Below are positions 33,657-46,139 of a stretch of DNA of 64,000 nt, in pieces (position 1 is the stretch's first letter; each line of letters starts with the position of its first letter). The notes beneath the pieces were generated by a model. It did no database searches. It saw only the letters and a list, made by a program, of their open reading frames with translations, and had not been told where the DNA came from. The stretch is from Tubiluchus corallicola (Eukaryota > Animalia > Priapulida), in NCBI GenBank assembly GCA_030141605.1, contig JAQGDQ010000094.1, positions 434,001 to 498,000 on the forward strand, written 5' to 3'. A program made the position numbers and the translations under genes.

Positions 33657-36600
33657 TTAACAAGAATCTTTGCCAGCACAACAACTTTTCTTCTGACCAC
33701 CACCAGTACCCGTTCCGCAGCACGTTTGTGTAGTGGCACCACTTCCACTACCCATCTTCAGACCTTCACAGGTCTTTGCAGCTCCGCAAGCTTCCAAACC
33801 TTTGTCTCCACAGGTAAGTTTTAGACTTGTAACATTTTCTGTGCTGACTGCATAGTCAAGTGGGTCAACCACCTCAATCTGTAATACAAAAGGAAAAAAA
33901 AACGAAAATTTCAAAAAAGCTGCCATATATACACTTTAATCTTGCTGTGACTTTTACTGAAAACCAGAGCAATAATTTAATAATGCTTGCTTTTTTCCAT
34001 GAGAGCCCCGCTTCAAAGTTGCTTTTTCATATTCCGAGTTTTGTTTGTTCTTTGTAAAAAAGTTCAATTATTTGCCTTTTGTCATTTACAGCTATAGCTT
34101 GTTTTTACTGATTCTGCTCATGAAAAAGTTCAGCATACCAGTATGGCCTACAACCAACATTCAAGATTCAAGACTCTCGAACATAGTAATATAATGTATA
34201 AGTTTTGTAATTTTGGTAGTAGAACTTATAATACTGGTGAAAATAGTGCAGATAACAACCATTCTGCTCTAAAAAGCCAGGGTTTGGACAGCACATGGGG
34301 GAAATAAGATTTCTAACCTAATGTACAATGGCAAATTAGTACACATTAACACAAACCTCACTGATCCTGAATTCTTGTATTTATGCTCATTACTACTGCA
34401 GTAAAAAGTCAGGACTTTGTCTCGTTTGTTTGTTTAATTACCGTTTTCATATCAGAAGAGCTAGATGCAGGATGGAACTCGAACTTGTCTCTGAGACGAC
34501 TAGACTGCAGAATAGCAGCAATTTCAGCATCAACCGTCACAGGAATGTCTTTCTGTAAAAAACAACAACAACAATTTTACATGTAAGAGCAAAGCCTAGA
34601 AAAATAATATTACGTTTTTATTTTTTTATCACAACAGGACTGAATGAATTCAGTTCCGAATCTGCAAGCATGATGCCATGAGCACGTTTATCTTAAGTGT
34701 GTATTGGTACTTGTAATACAACACGTTATTGTAATTTTTTTTGAACATTTGTATTTCTGTCAATTTGATTTTGGCATGTGTTGTGTTATGTGGAATAAAT
34801 GAATCTTGAATTTATCACTTGACAGACTGATTGAGCTCCTACCCCAAGTGTTTACCCTGCCAGTTTCATGACTATGTGTACTATAGCTTTCAAGATATTG
34901 AATGTTAGGAGCTGATGAACATTAATAAAAACAAAAACAAATGGGTTCTCTTAGATCTGCTCTGAATGCAGATAATAATTTGTACCACTTTAGAATTCGG
35001 TTGGTTTACCTTGAATGTAATGTTGCAGTCCAAACGGAACGAATCAGGGAAGCCAGTGATTCCACCTTTGTAAACAGCATTGCAGGCTTCTTTCTTGTCT
35101 GCCGGTAACTTATACAGTCTGTATGTTGTGGAACTAAATCTGGCATCACCTATAAACAAGTATACATTTAAAAACACGCTTTCTTGTTTTTCATTCACAA
35201 CAACAGTTTGAAATGTAGCTGCAACAAAAAGAAACAGTGCAACAACTAGAGTAGTACTGTTAGTCACAAGTACAAGTACAAAAGTATCATCAAATATGTG
35301 GATATTATTTTAAGCTTACAAGCTTTAGCAATCTGGTGATGCATAGTGTTAAGAAGTATTTTTGCTGGATGTTGTAGAAAAGTAGACTTTGTCATTAAAA
35401 ACCGGAATCTGCAATAGTTACACCACCACCACCTGTATACCATTTCTTCTTCCTGAAGCCTCTTTATCAGTGGTTACTGTGGCCAAACGTTTTATTCTTT
35501 GTCTCTTTGACAATAATATAAATATTGTTATACAAAAAATCTAGACTTTTCGATTACGTTTAACGTTATCAAAATTTTCAGACAATATGTATGTAGGTAT
35601 TTGCACCAAAAGTTACAAGGCTAATGTATGACACTTGCACTTAGTATTCACTGAGTTGCTAGAGGACATAAAAACAGCCACCAATTGAATAAGCCGATCA
35701 AGCCTATCTCAAATTAACGTTCGTGTAAGTTTTATCGAGTATAAGGATATCTAGAAGCATGAACATGACAACATGGATTCTGTACGGTCAGACCTATGAC
35801 AAAAAGAATTGGGCTTACACCTAGACTTAGACAGATACATGCATTTCATCGAGACAATAGGTTGATGAATTTGTAAATTTGTTGCCTAAGCAAGCCATGC
35901 GATGCATTGTACATTTGGGAAGTAAGATGAAATGCACTGTAATAAATGAAGCTCAAGAGCAAAAGTTAAAAGTTGGTAAACATGAAACAACGAGCATTAT
36001 CTATCAATAAGAAATCATGAAAAGTATATGACTGTTTCTTTCTACATTTAATGTACGAACTACATGCACCAGACAAGGTTTGAAAGTTATGTGAGCTTAC
36101 TGACTAGATTTATAGTGCAAAGAATTCAACACTTCTTAAATACATTCATACCTACAATTGCTTTGAGCTTATCATCAAAAATAGAATAATAGTGTGACGT
36201 CACTAACATTGGACGACTGAAGCCCACGGAAGATGCAATAGAATGCAAATCTTGCCACTTGAGGGCACCACCTATACACTCACCTGCACAATATATAATA
36301 AACACGTATGTTACGTAACAACCGTAGTACAATTTCTCTGTCAATGTTAATTACCAAATTACCAACACTGCAAAAAATGATAATATTACTATTAACAATA
36401 ATATTATGTGTTACGTTATTGTTAATAACTATTGTCAGCACATTTAACAAAGTTTTTGGCTACATAATAAAAACAAAGTTGCTGGCTACTAATTTTAAAA
36501 ATAACTCTGTGGTGTTATTCAGAATTACTGCCACTAGATGGCTTTTGTTATAAGAAAAAAATTGCACTTATTGCCTATCTGTAAGGCAAAACAAAATGCA

Positions 36601-39600
36601 ACACATTCTTTGTTTAAAGCTAATCAGTAATTAGTTTATTTTGTATAAACATATACAAAGCCAGTAGAACATACACGTTATACACACTGTCCTATTAAAT
36701 GCTAAAGTAGAATGCCTTAGAGTGCCCATCGGCTTGCACATTTAAAGAATGACCAAGCCTCTGGGAAGTTAGGCTTATTTCAATGTTCACAAAAATGTTA
36801 GGATTTAGTAATAAAAGTGAGAAAATCGCCTCATGTAATTAGTAAAATAAAAAAAGTAGTAATTATTTCACGTTTGAATACTTTCATTTTGAATGCCTTT
36901 TCTTCCATCAATGATGTCGTTTATCAACTCAAGAATGGCAGCACACTGTTAATTTCTGTCCAAAGTATAATAGGTTTTTACAAAAAAATTTGATAGCTAA
37001 TTTTGTGATATTTTTGCATTGAACATTAGTTAAACTGCAGAAGTCTGGAAATTCGTTAAGCAGTGCGTACTTACAGAGCCACAATACGCTTATGACAGGG
37101 GTGTCCAAACTGCGGCCCGCGAAGAGGTTTGTCAACGTAATTAAAGTGCGGCCCACGCGATCCAGCTGAAGTCCGCGCCAATATCACAAAGATAGTACGG
37201 GTAGTTTTTTCCTCTAGATCGGATGGCATTAACCCTTACAAGACCGTTGTCACTTAATGTCACTGTCGGACATGACGAAATTTAACGTTGCTCACTTAGA
37301 ACACAAAAACGTGACATAATCACAGAACACAGCAAACTATCACAGAAGCCGCCATTCAAACACTCAAATGTGCAAGAAATGCGAGAAGCAATCTGATTGG
37401 CTGGTAGGAAGACCAATTAGCCAATCTCTAGGCTTCTATTATCGGGCATGTTGATCTGTCCAGTCGTCTTCTTGGTCATAGCAGGTACAGATCATTTTGA
37501 CTTGGTTATTTTACGAAATAAATTATAAATAAAATTATAAAATAACCAAGACAAAATGATCTACCTACTATGACCAAGAAGACGACTGGGCAGACCAATT
37601 TGCGAGTAGCCAGCAACCTGAAAAAGTGTGGTCACCCCTGTTATAGCGGGATTCCCAGATTTTAGTTTCAGCTGAGGCTCAGTAGTACACGCCTCAATCA
37701 GTGGCTATTTCATCGTTTCATCAGATGTAGTATTCTTATAGATCAGAATCGTGGATAATAAAAAGAGGAAGATTGAAGAACAGCGAGTCAAGACAGATTA
37801 GTATGTACTGTACTACACGGACTGTGTGATACACATTACTAATATGCATTGTAATGAAATTACCACTATCTGTCATGAAAGTAGAAATATATGGTTTTTA
37901 ATATAAATTTTAATAGCTTCTAAAATAGTTTCTTGAGTGTAGTAGTGCAGTAGTAATGATGTGCGCAAATCAGATGCAAAAAAAATCGTTATTAGGTCCT
38001 ACTGTACTTGGTTCCTTGTCCAAACTGCATGTGGCCCACAGTAATTGCGGGAATGTTTAATGTGGCCCAGCTAGTCAGATAATTTGCACACCCCTGGCTT
38101 ACGAAAAGTCATGAAGTCCACCAGGTGTGTCATAGTTTTCAAGTGAATGGTGACTACCACAGTGCCTGAAATTGTCTATGCAGAGGTAGTATAAATTAAC
38201 TTTATGCTTTATAGACAGTTTTTTGCAAATTTCTTTGTTATATTTTCTTCTAAGTTTAAGTTATAAACCCAACATGCTAAGTAACTTGTCCTTTCCTTTA
38301 AAAAAACTAAAAAGAAGCTTTCTCTGTGCTTACCCCATAGTACTTTATGCTGCCTGACACTATCTGGCAATTCTCTGTCAGCATACACATCACTGAAGTA
38401 TAATTCCCCACCTTCCTGCATTAGAACATAAAATTTTATTTAAAATTTATTTATTTTAAAACAATGTAACCATTTGGCATTGTCTGAGATGTAAAATAAT
38501 TAATATAGTTTAGGTAACTCTATGTTACCAGCATATTTTTGTACAACAGTGAAACACGGGGTTTAACGATTTCTCAAGAAAAGCAGATTGACAAGTTTCA
38601 TAGAACTCGTCTAAGGAAAGTTTTAAAGATAAGATGGTCATATGTAATAAAAAATGAAGATTTATATAGTAGAACGAAAGAAATTCCTTGGAGTTCAAAA
38701 GGCTAGGAGACCATCTCAGATTACCAAGTGAAACACCAGCAACAATTGCCTTAAGACATAAAACCTTGCAAAAAAAACCCTGGCAAACCAAAAACAATTT
38801 GGATAGCTAAGATAAGTAAAGATGATCAACAACTTCAATCAAATCTAGTTTATGAAGGAGAAGAGCTTATATTGTTAGCAGCACATAGGAGTTGGTGGAA
38901 TGCTCTAATAAACAATAATGCCTCAATGTCTACAACAGATGAAATGAGATGTTGAAAAAGAAGGTAACTCTGCTTAGCAACACATTCTAATATTACTTTC
39001 TTATTACACAATGACATAATTTACCTAGAGTTTAAAATTCCAGACATACAAGAAATTAGCTTGTGAAGCAGATTATGATTAGGATCAGGATTAGGGTTAG
39101 GGTTGGGTTATGTTTAGGATTAGGGTTTAGGGTATTTAAATTGTGTGGGGAATTGTGACTCCTTCCTATAATTGCTCTGGAAAATTGTTATGATCACCAT
39201 ACACTTTGAAAAAATAAAAAAATGTTGGGAAAAATTCTTAATACAGCAGTAGTAAGTAAAACAGAAAATTATCAAAATGAAACCTACTACTGAGAGTAAA
39301 AGTTTACCTTCAGCACTTTATAACACTCCCTGAGCACGGCGGGCTTGTCCGGAGAAAGATTCACAACACAGTTAGAACTAAAACATACAAACGTATATGA
39401 ATGTATATTAACTAAAATAACGGCAATTATAAAACACATAGTAAGTAAACCAGTAAAAAGAGCACTAATAATCTTACAGTGTAATAGATACAAAGCATGA
39501 ATTGAGTACTTCTCATAATATGCTTTTTAGCAATTTGCGATTCAGATTTTTGTTGAGATGTTTGTTGTTTTTATGACTCTGGTTACTTCCATAAAATTTA

Positions 39601-42600
39601 TTAAATGGGGAATATCACCAAAATTAAATTGAGCTTGAATAACTCGCAATTATATTGTGAATAGAAATATGTACCTCATTCTTCACGAAAATTTCGTGTT
39701 TAAGAATCGTTGGCAAAAGTTCGGATAAAATTGTACAGAAAATGAATATTTGACTAGGCCGCCATTGAGCATGTACCTGCGCCTGCGCCTCTATGGCGAA
39801 ATTGCCGTACTACAGATGAAACTTGGCAAAATGCCCAAGGGGAGAAAGATTGTACGCAACTCTTGTCTGAGTATTTGTTTACATAGACAAACAGTGTTCG
39901 GCATACAGTACTTTACGTAGTTTATACCTAGTGACGGTATCACGGTAAAGATTAGGTTATTGTGAATTGAATGCGCGATTTGCTAAGTTTTGGTCTTGAT
40001 TGTTCTTATTGAAAAATGGTCGGTGGAATGTATTACACTAGGATTCAGCAATTAGATGGGATGCAGCAGTCAGACGGAAAATATCGAAATACGAAGCCAA
40101 AATATAATAACATTTAGTTTCCAATGAGCAACAGAAAATTATTGAAGCAATGAAAGTACAATCTAAAAACCTGGAATCACTCCTACAACCTGTGTGATAA
40201 TTTCTCGGCTGTTTGCTTTGAAACGTGAGTTTAGAACATGATGAATCTAGTGTTAATAATATTGTGCTTACACTTCAGAGAGATTCAGTCAGATGCAGTT
40301 TTTTGTTTCATTTTAAGCCCAAGTGCATAGCTTATCGATGCAGTTTAGTCATCTCGAGATTTGTATCCATTTCAATAAAAATATCACAATTACATTATGT
40401 AATGCAATGAATAATTATTTTGTCATTGAACCACGTTATATCGTTGGTTTTTTATATTGTAAAAGTGGATAATAGTTATATTAATAACGAATGTATTATT
40501 ATCATTAGTTTTTATTTCAGTCCAACTGACCACGAGAATTTTATCTAATCCTAATATTGTAATAATACTGCTGTGAAAAAATAAACACAATATGATGTTA
40601 TCATGTAAAAACAGAAGCTAATGAACAACGGTTAAACTTCAGGTTGGTATTAAAAGTCTTACTGATTTAAATAACTAATGAACAACGGTTAAAGTTCTGC
40701 TTGGTATTAAAAGTCTTACTGATTTATATAACTGAAACACGACAAAGTTAAAAATGTTCATATATGTTTAATCAATAAGTCTACAGCTAATATGTTATCG
40801 TCTCTGTGTCAGCGGGGTTCACATATTTTTTTTGTCAAGGCTGATAAAATGAAGCTGTCACTAAAAATTGTCAGACTAGCATTATAGTTATGCTTCAGTA
40901 AGTTTCTCTGTGTTTACAAATTCATTAATTCTTCTAGCAGAATGAAGTTACTATGTCGGACTTGTTTTACAAGAAAAGAACTTTTGTTACCAAGGCCCAC
41001 ACTTTTGCAGCTTGTATTGCTGACGATGCTTTCAATTAATGCCAGGAGAATTTTCACAATATGCTGTAGGCCTAGTTTTGCGCAATGATTGTTTACACTC
41101 TATTAGAATATACTATAATGGATCTGTAACTTTCGACGGTAGTAAAATATCGCTTTTGATGAAAACATGTTAACGAGTGCAACGACAATCATTTCTGTCA
41201 GCTGACTACCTATCCGAACCAAGGCCAGATGCTGTAATGTAGTAATAACAGCTTTATTTTTAGCCCAGTTGTGTACGATAGTATCACAACAGGCTGCGTG
41301 TACACTCTTTACGCATCAGCCCGAGCTGGGCTAGTTCAATTTTTTCACCGTGAGAGGCGTAAGTGCAGCTCCATGGCGTTTCCCGTGAGATACAAAAAAG
41401 TTAATTACTCATTAATTAGACAACATACTGCTAAAAATTTTTCGCCAAGTTGTTCCCGCGGAAGGCAACTATAAAATAAGTTTAACTTGATTTTCATGAT
41501 ATTCCCCCTTTAACAAACATTGCTAAAATAGAATACTGTAGAGTCCAATGCTTCTGAAAGCATTATTCATTACCTATTTACGATAAATTTTTAAGAAATA
41601 GCTATTCTTCAAAACCTGAAATGGAAGCATTTTTTTTTGTTTAATGGCTGTGGCAAAATGCAATGCTTAAATTAGAATTAGAATGGCCCTAGAAAGTTTT
41701 ACATTTACAGGCAGTAAATTAGTTCCATATGCTGTACTTGTAATTAATGAAGAAGAGTAAATGGTCACGATTTGTGTATGATCGTCTACCAAAAACCGTA
41801 TTTCCTTCAATACCTATGTATGGCTCACTACGCTAAAATTAACTCATGTCTCTGTAACCTGTTAATACAGTTTTTTACTGTTTTGGTCAAAGATTGTAAA
41901 ATGGATATATTTAAACTATCTCTTGGAGGCAAAGAAGCGCTTCAAGTGCAGAGAAATTATACAAATGTTGTATCTGTATACCAAGACATCAGACATACAG
42001 ATCTCAAACAAAGAAAATCACCATATCGGCGCTACAGTTAGGAAAGAACAACAGATGTCAAAAAATATAAGGATGAAGCTATGCTAGAGGTTTGTCAAAA
42101 ACATAACACTTAGCTAACTGCTAAGAACAAAGGTTGTACTCTTGAATACTAAATAACAGTGGTCATGTATCAAAAGCAAAATTTTATTACAGATAAGTTT
42201 TTAATTACTCTCTTGTAAAGTAGCCTATAAAGAGGTCTGTTTTGCGATGAAGTTTTTGTGTTTCATTTCAGAATAATAGAAAGGCTAATTAAAAAACTGA
42301 TATGATTACACGTTCTTTAACATTGCCAATTATGAAGTAGTAAACATACATGATAATATCAATGCTGTTTTCCTGAATGCCAGCATTGGTCAGCTGTTCT
42401 ATGTAACCATGCACAAACTGTGTATTTGGTTTTGCATATCCAAACTTCTCAGCATGATATTTCTCATACTGTCTAGCTATCTCCAACTGTAAAATAAAGA
42501 AAAGGAGATGAAAACTGATTGAGTTCTTTAATATCTGCTCACCTGCCTTCCTTGTGATTAGCCTTTCAACAAATACAATTAATCAACTGGGACCGTACAT

Positions 42601-45035
42601 GCAAAAAGTAATAAAATAAGCTGATTTACAAAACAGCCGTGGTTTATATTTCTCTAGAATACAGGTTCGAACAAACCGGAACCCAACCTTCATGGCAGGT
42701 CCTACTCAAACAGGATGTCTATGGCAAGACTGGAATCCAACTCATTATCAAGGTTAGGCCTCTAAGATGAGCCACTGAACTGGCAGAGGCATCTTAGCTA
42801 CATTCATATGTGAATGCATCATCTTTCTACGAGGTAAACTACCAGAATCAACATGGCAAATGAAATCTCCCAGAGCAAGAATTGAAGTAGTTCACCCATC
42901 CAGTAAGTGAAATAACCTACTATAGCTGCAGCACTAATTCTTAACATTAATTAGTTATCACACACAAAGCAGTAACCGCTCAGGAACACATGTCGCATAT
43001 GGCTTATTATATACTACAAGTCTGCAATTATGGAATATTTATTATTAAACCCAAGCAAGCAATCAAATACTATAATTGATGGGCTACAGTTTATACTCAC
43101 CAAATGGTAGCGTCATCTTTTCTGGTATTCACAATTCAAATTAATGGGACAATTATTGAGCGGTTAATGTCTCAAAGACGTGATTAGAGTGCTTTATTTG
43201 CTTGCAGCATGACTGCTATTTGCAGTTTTTGCAGTCTTGTTGTCGAAATTTACTAAGCATTAACTGTGAACCTCCACATCAACTTATTTTATTCATACAA
43301 AGATAAGAGCTTAATTATTACTAATGAAATTATCTTAACAAGTGCAGAAAAATTGTTAGTGAAGTGACCTGAATAACAATTTACTGCTCATATCATGTCA
43401 AAAATGCATATATTACCATCAGATATTTACTTAAACTGCCTATGATAAGAACTCCACCTATCACAACATTTTCAAGGCTATAACAACAACACAGACCAAG
43501 TATAACACTAAGGCAGAGAATAAACAGCGAGAGACAAGATATAACAGAACACTGGCACTTTAACCCTACTGATTTCTTTGCCATGCCTGTTTTGTTAAAT
43601 ACAGCTGAGTCATGATTGGTTAGCATATTAAAAGTGCTAACAGTGTCACCAAACTGGTTTTTTAGTGTATACATTCAATCTGTCTGTCGACTTCAAATTT
43701 TCTTCATAATTGGAAAGTGGAAATTAATAGCAGTATTAAAATAGGTTTACATGTATAGGAAAAAATATGACTCTTCCATATGTAAAGTCTAAATGTTTAG
43801 AATATATAGGTCATTCGTACACTTTATAAGTTTATTGACAAACAACACAATATGATATACAGCACAATGTACATAAAAAATCACACAAAAGCATCCCAGC
43901 ATTCCATACACACTATGCAGTACATAGCCTATTATAAAACACCGTTCAATTTCAGTTTGCTTACTCAACTAGTTTTTCTACTGACAATGTCATTACTTTT
44001 TTATTTTTTAATGCATGACATAGCAAAGTGTTTAGCTGAACATATTCTCAATTGCATTTGTCCTTGCACAAAAATTTCCTTTAATATTATATAGTCACAC
44101 ACATGTTAGTTACTAAAATAACAGAATTTATTATTTCACCATCTCTAAAAATAGAAGCTGCAGATTTTAAATTTTGTGACACATGTAGTTAGTTCTTCTG
44201 AATATGTTGTTGTGAACTTACAAATAAGAAAATAGAAAATTAATGCAGGCACACCCAGCTCTCTATGACCTTACATTAAATAATGACGCTGCCACTCTCT
44301 ACTTGTCTTACATTTAATTTGAAGATGCCAGAGTAAAAGATGCCGTTTTTGGGTACTGATGCTGAATTTTGTCAACAGAGTCAATTGTATGATTCAGAGT
44401 TATATAATCATTTATCATCATTATATGCAATGTGAGATGAATGGTTCACAAGAACAGACACAGTATCAGGAATTAGATAAATTAATGATACAGGCATACC
44501 ATTTTCTATACGTTCTTTGTTACTTTATGACATTCATAGGCCTACCTGTTCTTCTGTCATATCGACTCCAATGATCTTGCCAGATTCACCAACCAGCTTT
44601 GAGAGTGCAAAACAGTCACGGCCCGAACCACTACCGAGATCCAGCATGGTGGTTCCTTCTACAAATTCTGGCAAGACTATACCACATCCATAATACCTAA
44701 AAACAATGCAGATCTAAAGAACAAACCAAAAATTTGGCTTGTTATTAATATATTAAGAATCCAATAATCATGGGCAATATTAAAAAGTTAATTAGCTTAA
44801 ATCAGCCATTACCTGTGTAGATTTGCCACCTATTTTAAAAAAAATTGAACATTAAGAAAATAAGTAACCTGCAGGTGACTTCATCATGTACAGCACTTAA
44901 AGCTTCACGCAGGTGTTTTGCTACTGGCACCTCAGGTGTTACACAGCAAGATGTTTGCAGTTCACTGCGTTTCTTCACCCTCTTTCCATAGTAGTCCTTC
45001 ACATCAGTATAAGTTGACTCTACTGGCGCTGACAT
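33657..45035 (-). CDS. AS3MT: Arsenite (As3+) S-adenosylmethionine methyltransferase, 9 coding exons, ~403 aa
   Basis: Exons (-): 45035-44869, 44696-44546, 42486-42350, 39377-39308, 38415-38334, 36283-36152, 35149-35010, 34552-34442, 33878-33657 (sum 1212 nt, phases consistent). Motifs: VKDYYGK..LQTSCC, RYYGCG, LDLGSGSGRDC (SAM binding), IGVDMT, DIIISNCVVNL, GGELYFSDVY, LWGECIGGAL. All four catalytic Cys positions of the family are present. Confidence 0.96.
37096..38096. mobile_element. hAT (Charlie/SPIN-like) non-autonomous element in an AS3MT intron
   Basis: TIR CAGGGGTGTCCAAA / TTTGCACACCCCTG, subterminal GCGGCCC/GTGGCCC repeats, and 8-bp TSD GCTTATGA (37088-37095) vs GCTTACGA (38097-38104). 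Confidence 0.88.
37456..37593. repeat. Long imperfect inverted repeat (hairpin), ~56-bp arms with an AT-rich loop
   Basis: CTGTCCAGTCGTCTTCTTGGTCATAGCAGGTACAGATCATTTTGACTTGGTTATTTTA pairs with TAAAATAACCAAGACAAAATGATCTACCTACTATGACCAAGAAGACGACTGGGCAG (3 mismatches and a 2-nt bulge). Confidence 0.92.
38520..38960 (+). mobile_element. 3' fragment of an RTE-clade LINE
   Basis: The plus strand translates as YNSETRGLTISQEKQIDKFHRTRLRKVLKIRWSYVIKNEDLYSRTKEIPWS...RLPSETPATIAL...PGKPKTIW, the typical post-RT C-terminal region of RTE elements. Frameshifted. Confidence 0.75.
39079..39133. repeat. Short degenerate (TTAGGG)-like tract
   Basis: ttaggatcaggattagggttagggttgggttatgtttaggattagggtttagggt. Confidence 0.7.
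39601..41513. mobile_element. Kolobok/T2-type MITE, copy 2 (longer; inverted relative to copy 1)
   Basis: TTAA...CCTTTAA ends. Reverse-complement similarity to 4104-5517 over its length, plus ~425 bp (about 39645-40068) missing from copy 1 and a ~59-bp tandem duplication near 40619-40735. Confidence 0.88.
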
Positions 45036-46139
45036 GGTGAAATCTGTCCAGGAAAAGTGTCAGTGACAATCGATGATGAGAACTAGCAAAAACCCAAACA
45101 AAAAAAGTTACAGTAAGGATGGTGATTGTCAACTGATGGACCTCTAGTGATTACAGTGTAAAATTTTGAAATCTAGAAAGTTAGGAGTACTTGGTGCAAT
45201 GGCTAGTGTAAGTGCCCAGAAAGCAAAAGACCTAACATTGGCATCCCAAAATTTTCCTGACTTTTAAACTTAGTAATGTTTTCATGCATTCAGATGATTG
45301 ACTTCATACTATGAACTTATGTAGTGCAAACTGTGATTTCATACCTCTAGATAGCAGCTTATAGCAAAAACTTCAGTGTCTTGAAACTCAGCGTGCCTCT
45401 GTAGTGTAATAGTTAGTATAGTTAGCACAAATGCTTGGAAAATAGCTCTGAGGTCTTTTGTTCCAGCACAGGTGCAAAATTTTTCGGATTTCTAGTTTAG
45501 TATTGTTTTTGAGTGTTTATATAATTGATTTTGCACTAATACAGTGTGGATTTGTTTTTGTGGTGCACTGTTGACAGACTTCTAGTAGTTTACAGTGCAA
45601 ATTACTGAATCTGGAAAGTCAGAGTACTTCTGCGGGGTAAGGATTAGTATATTTGCCCACAAAGTATAAGGTCTAAGATTTATCCCAGTAAAGGTGCAAA
45701 ATTTTTCAGGCTTTCATATAGCTTCTGGGTGTGCATACGATTAGATGTTGGGCAAAAAAACCAAGAAACAGAACCCAAGAATTTACTACAGTTAGTTGAG
45801 CTGCCCATAATGCGACAATATCTCACCTTTGATTCACCTTCGCACCTACCCTATTATTATTTGCATTTCGACTTTAGTTTTGGTAGCCTCATTGCAAGGA
45901 ACACAAAACTAGAGCATGGAATGCACCCAATTTAACTATTCAGCATTTCGTACATCTGTAAAGACGGAAATTAGTTCTTCAGTGACGCCAGATAAAACAG
46001 TGCACGATGTATTGACAGGAGGTTCTTATTAATCTATGCAACATACAAAAATTATAATATTATACTAACAGTTGTTATTTTGCCCACCTGTTGTTTAATA
46101 ATTTTATTAAACAATTAATAACACATTCAAGAAACTTAC

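Noticed and set aside
33657-45035. Selenocysteine recoding or bacterial horizontal origin of AS3MT
   Set aside because: No in-frame TGA in the rebuilt CDS (the stop is TAA), and the gene has 8 spliceosomal introns in its CDS and animal-type sequence motifs.
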